This document shows positions 10,711 to 20,040 of a stretch of DNA of 55,483 nt, in pieces; positions within the stretch are counted from its first letter, which is position 1; every line of letters starts with the position of its first letter. Made by a program: the position numbers and the translations under genes. The notes beneath the pieces are model-generated. The model did no database searches. It worked only from the letters and a program-made list of their open reading frames with translations, and was not told where the DNA came from. The stretch comes from Gemmatimonadaceae bacterium (GTDB taxonomy: Bacteria > Gemmatimonadota > Gemmatimonadetes > Gemmatimonadales > Gemmatimonadaceae), in NCBI GenBank assembly GCA_035572595.1, contig DATNAM010000161.1:1-55483 (forward strand), in the 5' to 3' direction.

Positions 10711-11349
10711 TCAGCGTTCGGCGTCGCGGTCGAGTCCGGCGCGACGCGCGAGAGTTTGTTTGAGCCACGGCGGCACGTGTAGCGCATCGAGATCAGCCTG
10801 CGCCACGCGCCGCCGTGCCACATCCCAGTCGATCAGCGGCGCCACGTCTTCGTCGCTTGCCGCGAGCGATGCCAGCGCGCGTTCGACGATTGCCTCCCCG
10901 TGCGGAACCGACATCCCCAGCTCGACCTCGGCGCGCCGGCAGAACCGCTCATGGCGCGCGGCGATCTCCCGCGTGAAAATCACGCCGCAGCGATCGAGCC
11001 GCGCGTGCATGGCCTCGTGCACGATGGTCGACGCAACCTGGGCGGCGGTGAATTCCGGATTGACGCTGAACGTGAGCTCGATGAGGCAGGTGCGCTCGTC
11101 GGGAAAATACGCACCGCGGCAGGGATAGCGGCGTATCGCGATCCGCGCGAAGTCGCGCACGAGATGGCGGAAGTACCACGGCTGGTACTGCTCGATGATG
11201 CCAAGTGCCTCATCGAGGCGCGCGAACACGTCCTCGGTGTTGATGTCGGGCCGGGTGTTGACCACGTCGACCGTCACGCCGCGAATGACGCGGGTGCGCG
11301 AGACCGAGCCGAAGAGCGACCGCTTGAGGCGGTCTTGCCAGCGTTCCAT
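10711..11349 (-). CDS. Hypothetical HExxH-motif protein (putative zinc metallopeptidase)
   Basis: Has a single TIVHEAMHARL motif and no signal peptide. I could not place it in a family. Confidence 0.7.
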   Translation of the reverse strand: MERWQDRLKRSLFGSVSRTRVIRGVTVDVVNTRPDINTEDVFARLDEALGIIEQYQPWYFRHLVRDFARIAIRRYPCRGAYFPDERTCLIELTFSVNPEFTAAQVASTIVHEAMHARLDRCGVIFTREIAARHERFCRRAEVELGMSVPHGEAIVERALASLAASDEDVAPLIDWDVARRRVAQADLDALHVPPWLKQTLARRAGLDRDAER

Positions 11350-11376
11350 CGTGTCTCCCGTCGCCGGCGCCCACGC

Positions 11377-11655
11377 CTAACGATTGGCGTCGCGCGCGAC
11401 GAGCACCATGCCGACTTCCGCGCAGACGGCGATCAACGCCGCGCAAAGTCCGATCATCAGCAGCAGCACGCCGGTGGCGAACGCCGGCCGTGCGCGAAAG
11501 AGAATCCACACCGGACGCCACGCCTGCGTGCTGTGGCGCGGCATGGGAATCAAGAAAAAGAAGCCGCGCGGATGACGGATCCGATCGGCGACGATGAGCG
11601 CGATACTCACGAGCAGCGAACCGACCGCGAACTGCTCCAGTCGGCGAATGCTCAC
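11377..11655 (-). CDS. Small membrane protein (92 aa)
   Basis: Contains two or three hydrophobic helices. It lies 27 bp upstream of the HExxH gene. The stop lies inside a motif copy. Confidence 0.5.
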   Translation of the reverse strand: MSIRRLEQFAVGSLLVSIALIVADRIRHPRGFFFLIPMPRHSTQAWRPVWILFRARPAFATGVLLLMIGLCAALIAVCAEVGMVLVARDANR

Positions 11656-11706
11656 GCCCCACCCTCCATCACCGCCCGACCGGACCTGCGATTCGCGCCC
11701 GACCGA

Positions 11707-11943
11707 TCACTGCCCGATGTCGGGTCCCGTGTCCGGTCCGACGTCGGGTCCGCATGACGACGAGCGCTTGATCGTGCGCACGAGCCATACGACCGCCACG
11801 ATCGGCAGGACGATGAAGACGAAGAACTTGAACGCGAGGATCGTGATCAGGCCGACTGCGATGAGCAGCAATATCGGGATGCCAAGAATGGCCATGCCGA
11901 GGAACGGCCGTAACGCGATGAGACGGAAAATGGCGGCAAGCAT
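11707..11943 (-). CDS. Small membrane protein (78 aa) with a C-terminal GPDxGPDxGPDxG tail
   Basis: Contains two strongly hydrophobic helices (ILGIPILLLIAVGLITILAFKFFVFIVLPIVAVVWLV). The tail reads CGPDVGPDTGPDIGQ. Confidence 0.55.
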   Translation of the reverse strand: MLAAIFRLIALRPFLGMAILGIPILLLIAVGLITILAFKFFVFIVLPIVAVVWLVRTIKRSSSCGPDVGPDTGPDIGQ

Positions 11944-12019
11944 GTCAGGAGTCCGGTGATCTTTCCAAACACTACGAGGAGGGACCCCGAATCAGTTTCC
12001 GATGCTGGCGGCCGTGGCG

Positions 12020-12331
12020 TCAATCTTTGTACGGGTAGTCCGGATCGGACAGCCGCTCGGCTCTCGCGACGCCCTCGGGGCCGGCAATTTGGCGGGCGAG
12101 ATCGAGGAGCATGGGGCTCAGGTGCTCACCGAACCGGAGCAGGTTCACGGCGCGGGTGCGACGCGCGAGGAGGAACGCGAGGATCGGCTTGTCGGCCTTC
12201 AGCGCGTTACAGTCGGGGCAAGAGAGCACGAGGTTGTCGCGGCGGTCGAACGCAGTCTTGCCGCGGCGGGGCGTCACATGATCGAGCGTGATCGCGTCGG
12301 GATGGACGCGTCGTTCGCAATACGTGCACAC
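12020..12331 (-). CDS. HNH endonuclease (103 aa, stand-alone)
   Basis: Shows CTYC ... LDHVTP ... DNLVLSCPDCNALK, the classic HNH/zinc-ribbon pattern. Confidence 0.8.
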   Translation of the reverse strand: MCTYCERRVHPDAITLDHVTPRRGKTAFDRRDNLVLSCPDCNALKADKPILAFLLARRTRAVNLLRFGEHLSPMLLDLARQIAGPEGVARAERLSDPDYPYKD

Positions 12332-12607
12332 AGCGCCGTGGCGTTCGAGAAGCCACTCGCGTGTGTTCGTGTAAGCCGTGCGACTGGTGGGCAGCGACGT
12401 GTGCTGCGTATGGGCTCGCGCGGGGCTACGGCGTCTGCGCGCGGATGGGCGGGTGCGACTCAGTGGTACAAGGGGCTTGAGGGTGACTGATGCAACATCT
12501 GACTACGTAGTAACATACCGCTATCCTGTTGACGTGGGAAGGTCCTGGATCGTCACGCCGGCGACCCGGACGCGCTCTGGCGGACGCGACCGTGATCGCG
12601 CAAACGG

Positions 12608-12970
12608 TTAGAGAATCCAGTTGCCGAGCACCACGCCGAGTGCGCCGAAGAAAAAGGCGAGCGCGGCGACGACTCCGGCAGCAAGGGCCGCCGTGCGGGC
12701 GATGCCTAACGTCTTGTGCGGCGTGCCCGGCGCGCGGGTCTGGAGCTCACGATCGGCAATTCCCCACGCGCCGTACGCGGCCACGACAGCAGCCGGCATG
12801 GCGAGCACCCAGAGGGCCGGGTGGATGAGGAGGATCGCAGCGGCGAGCGTCGTCCCGACCGCCGCATCGGCCATGAGCCGCACGTCCGTCGCGTGCCGGG
12901 CCCGCGCCGCCAGAAAACCCAGAAGCGACACGCGATCGGCCGCGCTCTTGGACGGCGACGGCGCGTTCAT
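12608..12970 (-). CDS. Hypothetical membrane protein (120 aa)
   Basis: Contains three or four hydrophobic helices. Its ATG overlaps the upstream DinB stop by 4 nt. Confidence 0.6.
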   Translation of the reverse strand: MNAPSPSKSAADRVSLLGFLAARARHATDVRLMADAAVGTTLAAAILLIHPALWVLAMPAAVVAAYGAWGIADRELQTRAPGTPHKTLGIARTAALAAGVVAALAFFFGALGVVLGNWIL

Positions 12971-13461
12971 CCGGCGGTCTGATTGACCCGGGTCGCCGCC
13001 GCCACGCCGCGCACGAACGCGATGTAGTCGGTTGCGTTAGGCACGGCGCCGGCGCCGCGGATCACGAGCGCCACCTGGCCGCGATGATACGATCCGTGCA
13101 GCGCGACATGGAGCAGAATGTCTTCTACCCGCGATTCGAACTCGGCGCCACCGCTGTTGCGGTAGCGAACGGCCCGGTCCAGATCGGCGGCCGTGAGGCG
13201 CGACAGATACGCCGCATATTGCTCGCGATTGCGCGCGGCAGTGGCGCGGCACAGCGCGAGGTTTAGCTCGGGCCATATCGCGATCTCGCACGGTCGCTGC
13301 TCGAGACGCGCGAGCCACTCGGCTTCCGCGCCCAACACGTGGTTGAACAGCTCGAGTGCCTGCGGCGGTTCGCCGTGCGACGTCTCGAGCGCCAGCAGTG
13401 CGCGTTCGTCCGCCCACGCGAGGTGTGCGAACAGTGACTCGATGTGATGCGGAAGTGACAT
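12967..13461 (-). CDS. DinB family protein
   Basis: Has the DinB signature HVALHGSYHRGQ. Its start overlaps the amidohydrolase stop by 1 nt. Confidence 0.85.
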   Translation of the reverse strand: MSLPHHIESLFAHLAWADERALLALETSHGEPPQALELFNHVLGAEAEWLARLEQRPCEIAIWPELNLALCRATAARNREQYAAYLSRLTAADLDRAVRYRNSGGAEFESRVEDILLHVALHGSYHRGQVALVIRGAGAVPNATDYIAFVRGVAAATRVNQTAG

Positions 13462-14906
13462 CAGAACAACCCGACTTTGCCCTTGACCGAAGCGATGAGC
13501 TTCTGGGGATCGTACGCGATCCCTTGACGGAACACCAATTCAACGTGGGCAACGTCGGAAATGTTCGCGGACGGATCGCCGTCGATCACCACCAGATCTG
13601 CTTGCTTGCCGGTGGCGATCGACCCCACGTCCTTGGCACGACCAAGAAAGGTTGCGCCGTTGAGAGTGCCGACCTTGATCGCTTCGAGCGGGGTGAGCCC
13701 GCTCTCGACGAGCAGTTCGAGCTCGCGCTGGTTGGAGTATCCGGGGATGACACCGCCGCCGCCGGTCGGGTCGGTGCCCGCGATGAGCAACCCGCCGGCG
13801 CGCATGAACGCCACCTCGAGCGCGCGCGCGTGCGCGAAGATGCTCGCGAACCGGCCCGTCGTGTCGCGCTGCGTGGCCGCGTACCGCTGCTCGAACTGTT
13901 CGCGGAGGATCGGATCGAGGACGTCGAGGCCCGGCGGCATCGGGCGGCCGGCCACGAACGTCTCGAACACCGTGAGCGTGCTCGTCACCGCCACGTGGTG
14001 CTGGACGAGATCGGCGATGAGGGCGCGGGCGCGGGCCGAATCGGGCGACAGCGTCGCGATGGTGGCCATGCCCGCGTTCTGTCCGGGGCAGACGTCGGGC
14101 TTCTTGTCGGGCACGAAATCCGTGGACACGAAGAAGCCATGCTCGAGATTGTCGATGCCTAACGACGCCGCTTCGTGATACGTGACCGAGCACAAGTGCC
14201 CTGTCACCTTGAGGCCGCGCTTGTGCGCCTCGGCGATGGCCGCGCCCAACTCGGCGCGGGTGATGTGCATGTACGCCTTGAACGACGTCGCGCCTTCGTC
14301 GGCCCAGAAGTCGACCATGCGGCGGGCGTCGTCGGGGCCCGTGAGCTCGTGGACCTGGTCCAGGCCTAACCCGGGACCCTCGAGGTATGGCGCGGTGGCG
14401 TCGATCCACGGGCCGGGTTTCTCGCCGCGCGCGATCGCGTGCGCGAGACCAATGTCACCGAATCCGTTCATGTTGCCGCCGGTGCGCATCGACGTGACGC
14501 CGCCGGCGAGGTAGAGGCGCACGAAGCTTTCGGCCACGTTGCCGTAGACGCCGGGACCCGTGGGATAGAACAGGTGCTCGTGCACCATGACGAGTCCCGG
14601 GATCACGGATTTTCCGCTGAGATCCACCACGCGCGCGCCGGGCGGGACCGCCGTGGATGCGGCATTGCCGACGGCGGCGATGCGGCCGTCGCGGATGACC
14701 ACGGTTTGGTCGGCGCGAGCGGGAGCACCGGTGCCGTCGATCACGCGCACGTGCGTGAGCGCCACGATGTCGGTGTCGATGGCGACCACCGACCGGACTT
14801 CGGGGGACAGCGCAGGGCGGCCCTGGGCGGCCGCTTGCGCGCGCGCCACGCCGGGTACCGCCAGGATGGCCGCCGCGAATGCGGCGGCCGAGCGCGACAG
14901 TTTCAT
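13461..14906 (-). CDS. Amidohydrolase family metallo-hydrolase, secreted
   Basis: Has a signal peptide MKLSRSAAAFAAAILAVPGVARA, the HxH metal site VMVHEHLF, and a C-terminus IATGKQADLVVIDGDP typical of amidohydrolases. Confidence 0.9.
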   Translation of the reverse strand: MKLSRSAAAFAAAILAVPGVARAQAAAQGRPALSPEVRSVVAIDTDIVALTHVRVIDGTGAPARADQTVVIRDGRIAAVGNAASTAVPPGARVVDLSGKSVIPGLVMVHEHLFYPTGPGVYGNVAESFVRLYLAGGVTSMRTGGNMNGFGDIGLAHAIARGEKPGPWIDATAPYLEGPGLGLDQVHELTGPDDARRMVDFWADEGATSFKAYMHITRAELGAAIAEAHKRGLKVTGHLCSVTYHEAASLGIDNLEHGFFVSTDFVPDKKPDVCPGQNAGMATIATLSPDSARARALIADLVQHHVAVTSTLTVFETFVAGRPMPPGLDVLDPILREQFEQRYAATQRDTTGRFASIFAHARALEVAFMRAGGLLIAGTDPTGGGGVIPGYSNQRELELLVESGLTPLEAIKVGTLNGATFLGRAKDVGSIATGKQADLVVIDGDPSANISDVAHVELVFRQGIAYDPQKLIASVKGKVGLF

Positions 14907-14951
14907 GGGTGTCGTTCCGTTAGGCAGGGCCGCCCGGCAACGGCCCCGCGA

Positions 14952-15623
14952 TCAGGATCCCGGTGCCGGGACGAGGTCGAAATCGTACGCCAAGTGGATG
15001 CTGTCCGCCACACTCAACACCGAGCCGACCTTCGGCTTCTCGATGTGGAAGTCGTCGAACGTGAAGCCGGTGGACGCCGTGCCGCGGACTTCGCCGTGGC
15101 GCAGGTACGCCTCGACCATCCACGATGTCGGCTTGGTCACGCCGCGCACGGTGAGGTCGCCTAACAACGTGAACGACACGCGGCCCGAGTCGGGTATCGG
15201 GCTCGGAAGTCCCTGGAGCTCCTTCGGGACGAGCGTGACGGTGGGGTATTTGTCCGTCTCAAGCGTGCGGCGCTGGATGAACCCATCGCGCATCGAGCGA
15301 TCGCTCTTCAGCTCGCGGAGGTCGACGACGAACTTGGAGTCCGCCGGGACGACCTTCCCTTTGTCATCGAGGGAAAGGGAGCCCGTGACGCTGTCGGTGA
15401 CGCCGACGGCGTCGCTCGGGAAGTTGATGTGCGCCAACTGCTCGCGCACGAAGTAGCGCGCCTGGTTGTTCTTGGGCGCGACGATGAGGTGCACTGGTCC
15501 GGCCGCGCGTGCGGCCGGCACGGTGGACGCGAGCGCACTGGAGCGTGCCGGCGTCGCATCGAGGGCGACGACGCCCGCGCCAACGACCAGGATTGCGCTC
15601 ACTGCCACACCAATCTTCGACAT
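14952..15623 (-). CDS. YceI family protein
   Basis: Has an N-terminal anchor and a YceI-like beta-barrel pattern (FTLLGDLTVRGVTKP). GGAGGA lies upstream of the ATG. Confidence 0.85.
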   Translation of the reverse strand: MSKIGVAVSAILVVGAGVVALDATPARSSALASTVPAARAAGPVHLIVAPKNNQARYFVREQLAHINFPSDAVGVTDSVTGSLSLDDKGKVVPADSKFVVDLRELKSDRSMRDGFIQRRTLETDKYPTVTLVPKELQGLPSPIPDSGRVSFTLLGDLTVRGVTKPTSWMVEAYLRHGEVRGTASTGFTFDDFHIEKPKVGSVLSVADSIHLAYDFDLVPAPGS

Positions 15624-15949
15624 TCCGGATTTCCTCCAGCCTTTGGGACCAAGAGTCGCGGCCGATGTCGGCCGAGCGACGGCGGGATGTTACTGCGCGG
15701 TGCGCGCGGGCAGCAACCTGACGGGGTGATGAGATGTGAACGACAGCATGATCGGGGCGAACATTGCCAATGATGGGGTGGGCTTGACGAGTTCGGTACT
15801 CTCTATCACTGTTGGGCTCGGCGCTTGTGCACGGACAAATCAACCAGGTGTCCGCGCGGCCACGGTCGCGTGCGCCACGCCGTCCCGGTTGGCATGTCCC
15901 GCCTGTTAGGCATTCCCGCCTGCCCACGGTCCCCCCCAATCGAGGTCGC

Positions 15950-16885
15950 ATGCTCGGTCACGCCGTTCGTCGCATCGTGCAATCCATTTCGTTAGTCCTG
16001 GGCGGCGTCGTGGTGGCCGTCCTGGCGCACTCGGCGTCGGGTGCCGTGACGACCCCGGAGGCACACGCTCGTCGGGCGCCGAAGGGCACGTTGTTCATCG
16101 TCGGGGGCGGCGAGCAGTCGAAGGAGCTCGTGCAGGCGTTCGTCGATCTCGCGGGCGGCACGCACGCGCGCATCGCCGTCGTGCCCACGGCTACGGAAGA
16201 ATCCGCGGAGGCCGGGCGCGAGAAAGTCAAAGATCTCGAGGAGCACGGCGCGCAGGCGTTCGTGATCGACCCGACGCGGGCGCAGGCGCAGAGCGACTCG
16301 ATCGTGCGGTTGATCGGAACGGCGACCGGCATCTGGTTTGGCGGCGGCGATCAGGTGAAGCTCGCGGATTCGCTCATCGGGACGGCCGCGCTCAAGGCGA
16401 TGCTGGCGCGCTACCAGGCCGGCGCGGTGGTGGGCGGCACGTCGGCGGGTGCGGCCGTGCTCAGCGATTCGATGATCACCGGCAATCAGAAGCGTCCGGA
16501 GGCCGACAGCATCGGCTACTACGGCGACGAGTTCCCGAACGTGTCGCGCGGGGCGATCCAGATCTCGCCGGGGTTCGGCTTCATCACGAACGCGATCGTG
16601 GACATGCATTTCATTCGCCGCGAGCGCGCGAACCGGCTGTTGGCGGTGGTGTTGGAGCGGCCCACTTTGTTAGGCGTAGGCATCGACGAGGGCACGGCGG
16701 TGCGGGTCGATCCCGACGGCACATGGACGGTGCTGGGCCGCAGCGCCGCGATCGTCATCGACGCGCGGGACGCCCGCGTCACGGGGCCCACGGCTCCGCG
16801 GTTAGGCGCGTCCGGCATTCACGTCGCCGTGCTGCCCGCCGGCAGCACGTACGACCCGCGGACGGGGCGCGCCACGCTTCCCTGA
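15950..16885 (+). CDS. Peptidase S51, cyanophycinase-like, secreted
   Basis: Shows FIVGGG, IWFGGGDQ, GGTSAGAAV (nucleophile Ser) and VDMHFIRRERANRLL. The N-terminus is hydrophobic. The start is ATG 15950, after GAGG. Confidence 0.85.
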   Translation: MLGHAVRRIVQSISLVLGGVVVAVLAHSASGAVTTPEAHARRAPKGTLFIVGGGEQSKELVQAFVDLAGGTHARIAVVPTATEESAEAGREKVKDLEEHGAQAFVIDPTRAQAQSDSIVRLIGTATGIWFGGGDQVKLADSLIGTAALKAMLARYQAGAVVGGTSAGAAVLSDSMITGNQKRPEADSIGYYGDEFPNVSRGAIQISPGFGFITNAIVDMHFIRRERANRLLAVVLERPTLLGVGIDEGTAVRVDPDGTWTVLGRSAAIVIDARDARVTGPTAPRLGASGIHVAVLPAGSTYDPRTGRATLP

Positions 16886-16970
16886 TCCGCGGCTCTTCCT
16901 CCGTCGTGTCGCAGCGGGCACATCCGTCGTTCCTGCGGCTTCACCGTCACTCCCACCGGGAGGCTCATCG

Positions 16971-19900
16971 ATGAGGCACGTTCCATTCACCCGGGCGGCG
17001 TTCCTGCTGCTCGGTCTCACGCTGTTAGGCGCGAGTCCCGCCGTTGCCCGAGCGCAACAGGAGGCGACCGTTCGCGGGACCGTCACCGATTCGGTGTCGG
17101 GCCAACCCGTGACCGGCGCGCAGATCATGATCGCGGGCCAGGCGCGCGCCACGACCAACGACCGCGGCGCGTACCTGGCGAGCGTCGCGTCCGGAACCCT
17201 CACCGTGCGCGTGCAACGCATTGGATTCGCGCCCGCCGAGCGGCAGGTCACCGCGGCGGCAGGCGACACCGTGCGGGCGGACTTTGCGCTGCACAGCGTG
17301 ACCGTTACCCTGCCGCAAGTGCTGGTAGTCGGATACGGCACCGAAAATCGTGCGCGCGTGACCGGCGCGGTGTCGACGGTGAACGCGAGCGACGTGCAGA
17401 ACCAACCCGTGGCCGGCATCGACGCGGCCCTGCAGGGCAAGGCGCCCGGCGTGCAGGTGATCCAGAACGCGGGCGACCCGGGCAACGGCATCACCGTGCG
17501 GGTGCGCGGTGCGGCATCGGTCTCGGCCTCCAACCAGCCGCTGTACGTGGTAGACGGCGTTCCCGTGCAGACGAGCGATTTCTCCCAGCTCGGGCCTAAC
17601 GGACAGGGCGTGACCGGCGTGACGGGTCTCGATCCGAGCGAGATCGAGTCGATCACCGTCCTCAAGGACGCGGCCTCGGCGGCGATCTATGGATCGCGCG
17701 CATCGAACGGCGTCGTGATCATCACGACCAAGCGCGGCAGCGCCGGCGCGACGCGGTTCTCGTTCGACGCGAACACCGGCTGGCAGCAGCCCGAACGCTA
17801 CCTGAGTCTCATGAACGCGAAGCAGTACGTCGCCTTCATGAATCAAGGCGCGGAAAACGACGGCGACAGCGACCCGTTCACGCCCGGCGTCGATGATGCG
17901 CAGTCGACCGATTGGCAGCGGGCCATCTTCCGCAGCGCCCCGGTGGGCAACCTGCACCTGGGCCTGAGCGGCGGCAGCGACCGGATCAGGTACAGCCTGG
18001 GCGGCTCGTACTTCGGGCAGACCGGGATCGTGCTCGGCTCGTCGTACAGCCGCGTATCGGGCCGGGCCAACATCGACTTCGATGCCACGCCTAACTTCTC
18101 GGTCAAGACGTCGCTGGCCTACTCGAAGGAGCTCGACCACCGCATCCCGGGCGACAACAGCCTGACGGGCGTCGTCACCAACGCGATCGGCGAGGCATCG
18201 ATCTATCCGGTTCGCGCGCCTAACGGACAATTCGCCGGCAACGATCAGAATCTGTACTATGCCAATCCGGTGGCCATCGCCGATCTGAACAACCTGCCGA
18301 CCACCACCGATCGGTTTTTGGGCAACGTCGAAGGCACCTACCGCTTCATTCCGAGCTTGTCTCTCACGGGCCGGTTCGGCGCGGACGTGCTGACGATGAA
18401 CGAATTGGAGTGGGACTCGCCGCTCGTCGACGGCACGTACGCGGCGCAGGCGCGCGGCGTGGCCAAGAGCGGCTACAGCACGGGCAATCAGTACACGCTC
18501 GAGGGGTTCCTCACGTACAGCCACGAGAACGCAGACGCCGCGAGCCTCAACATCGTGGGCGGCGCCAGTGTGCAGTACAACACGGACGCGCTCAACTTCG
18601 TACGCGCCGAGGGCTTCAGCAGCGATCAGTTCCACTACGTGCGGAACGGAACGGTGATCACGAGTTTCGATGGCTTGCCATCCACCAACCACAATCTCGA
18701 GTCGGTGTTTGGTCGGGCCAACTATTCGTGGAAAGACCGGTACCTGCTGTCGGCCAGCCTCCGTACGGATGCGTCGTCGCGCTTCGGGCCCAACAACCAA
18801 TGGGGATTGTTCCCGGCGATCGCCGGCGGCTGGGTGATCAGCGAGGAGCCGTTCATGGGGAACTTCGACGAGAAGTTCGGCAAGCTCAAACTGCGCGCCA
18901 GCTACGGCGTCACCGGCAACCAGGACTTCGCGGACTTCTCGTACCTCGGCCTCTACGGTACGTCCAACTACGGAGAGAACCCCGGCATCGCCCCGACGAG
19001 CTTCGCCAACCCGAACCTCAAGTGGGAGACGACGCACGAGTTCGACGGCGGGGTCGACTGGTATCCGTTCGGCGGGCGCCTAACGGTGATCGCGGACTAC
19101 TATCACCGCCTGACGTCCGACCTGATCGTGGACCGCCCCATCCCGGCCACGACCGGCTTCGCCACGTACTGGGACAACATCGGCAACGTGCTCAACCGGG
19201 GCTTCGAGCTCGGATTGAGCTCGGCGAACTTCCGCTCGGACGACAAGAACGGATTCACCTGGAACACCGACTTCAACATCTCGTTCAATCACAACGAAGT
19301 GACCGCGCTGTTCGAAAACCAACCCTTCGGAGACGGCGAGAACTTCCGGCCGATCAGCCGGGTGGCGGTGGGCCAGCCGATCGGCGAGTTCTACGTGCTG
19401 CACTTCAAGGGCGTGGATCCGCAGACGGGCGACGCGATGTACCAGGACGTGAACGGCGATGGCGAGATCACGTCTGATGACCGGGTGGACGCCGGCAATC
19501 CGCAGCCCAAGTTCTTCGGCGGCCTCCGCAACACGTGGTCGTGGAAGGGCTTCTCGTTAGGCTCATTCCTCGAGTTCAGCTACGGCGCCAAGGTGTTCGA
19601 CCTGATGCGCATCTTCGCCGATGACGGCGGCTACAACTACGACAACAAGTTTACATACGCGGCCAACGCCTGGACGCATCCCGGCCAGATCACCAACGAG
19701 CCGCGCGCGAGCTTCGATGGCACGTCCGGCGCGCGCGAGATCTCCGACCGCTTCATCGAGGATGGCTCGTACCTGCGCATCTCCGAGATCACGCTCAGCT
19801 GGCGCATCCCCGAGACCCTGATGCCCGTGCGGTCGTTGCAGAACACGACCCTCTACGTGTCCGGCCACAACCTGCACAATTTCACGAAGTACACCGGCTA

Positions 19901-20012
19901 CGACCCCGACGTCAACAGCAACGGCCAGACGTCCAACATCGCGTTAGGCACCGACTATTACGCCTATCCGCGCGCGCGGACGTTCTCCATCGGCCTGTCC
20001 ACTAACTGGTGA
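16971..20012 (+). CDS. SusC/RagA family TonB-linked outer membrane protein
   Basis: Has an N-terminal CarboxypepD_reg-like segment VRGTVTDSVSGQPVTGAQI, a plug segment VLKDAASAAIYGSRASNGVVIITTKRG, and a terminal aromatic residue (...STNW). GGGAGG lies upstream of the start. Confidence 0.93.
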   Translation: MRHVPFTRAAFLLLGLTLLGASPAVARAQQEATVRGTVTDSVSGQPVTGAQIMIAGQARATTNDRGAYLASVASGTLTVRVQRIGFAPAERQVTAAAGDTVRADFALHSVTVTLPQVLVVGYGTENRARVTGAVSTVNASDVQNQPVAGIDAALQGKAPGVQVIQNAGDPGNGITVRVRGAASVSASNQPLYVVDGVPVQTSDFSQLGPNGQGVTGVTGLDPSEIESITVLKDAASAAIYGSRASNGVVIITTKRGSAGATRFSFDANTGWQQPERYLSLMNAKQYVAFMNQGAENDGDSDPFTPGVDDAQSTDWQRAIFRSAPVGNLHLGLSGGSDRIRYSLGGSYFGQTGIVLGSSYSRVSGRANIDFDATPNFSVKTSLAYSKELDHRIPGDNSLTGVVTNAIGEASIYPVRAPNGQFAGNDQNLYYANPVAIADLNNLPTTTDRFLGNVEGTYRFIPSLSLTGRFGADVLTMNELEWDSPLVDGTYAAQARGVAKSGYSTGNQYTLEGFLTYSHENADAASLNIVGGASVQYNTDALNFVRAEGFSSDQFHYVRNGTVITSFDGLPSTNHNLESVFGRANYSWKDRYLLSASLRTDASSRFGPNNQWGLFPAIAGGWVISEEPFMGNFDEKFGKLKLRASYGVTGNQDFADFSYLGLYGTSNYGENPGIAPTSFANPNLKWETTHEFDGGVDWYPFGGRLTVIADYYHRLTSDLIVDRPIPATTGFATYWDNIGNVLNRGFELGLSSANFRSDDKNGFTWNTDFNISFNHNEVTALFENQPFGDGENFRPISRVAVGQPIGEFYVLHFKGVDPQTGDAMYQDVNGDGEITSDDRVDAGNPQPKFFGGLRNTWSWKGFSLGSFLEFSYGAKVFDLMRIFADDGGYNYDNKFTYAANAWTHPGQITNEPRASFDGTSGAREISDRFIEDGSYLRISEITLSWRIPETLMPVRSLQNTTLYVSGHNLHNFTKYTGYDPDVNSNGQTSNIALGTDYYAYPRARTFSIGLSTNW

Positions 20013-20040
20013 GCCAACTCCAGGCATCCGGGACCTTCGC

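Noticed and set aside
11716-11757. A short DNA repeat GTCGGGTCC/GTCCGGTCC inside the 78-aa membrane protein gene.
   Set aside because: It simply encodes the GPDxGPDxGPD tail. It is noted under the cluster finding and is not an independent repeat element.
12020-12331. The HNH gene as a marker of a mobile element or prophage.
   Set aside because: There is no integrase, transposase, terminal repeat, tRNA attachment site or phage structural gene nearby. I treat it as a chromosomal stand-alone HNH.
15780-15815. A sigma-70-like promoter (TTGACG ... TATCAC) upstream of the cyanophycinase-like gene.
   Set aside because: The spacer is only about 14 nt, and the promoter consensus for this lineage is unknown to me. 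The evidence is too weak to annotate.
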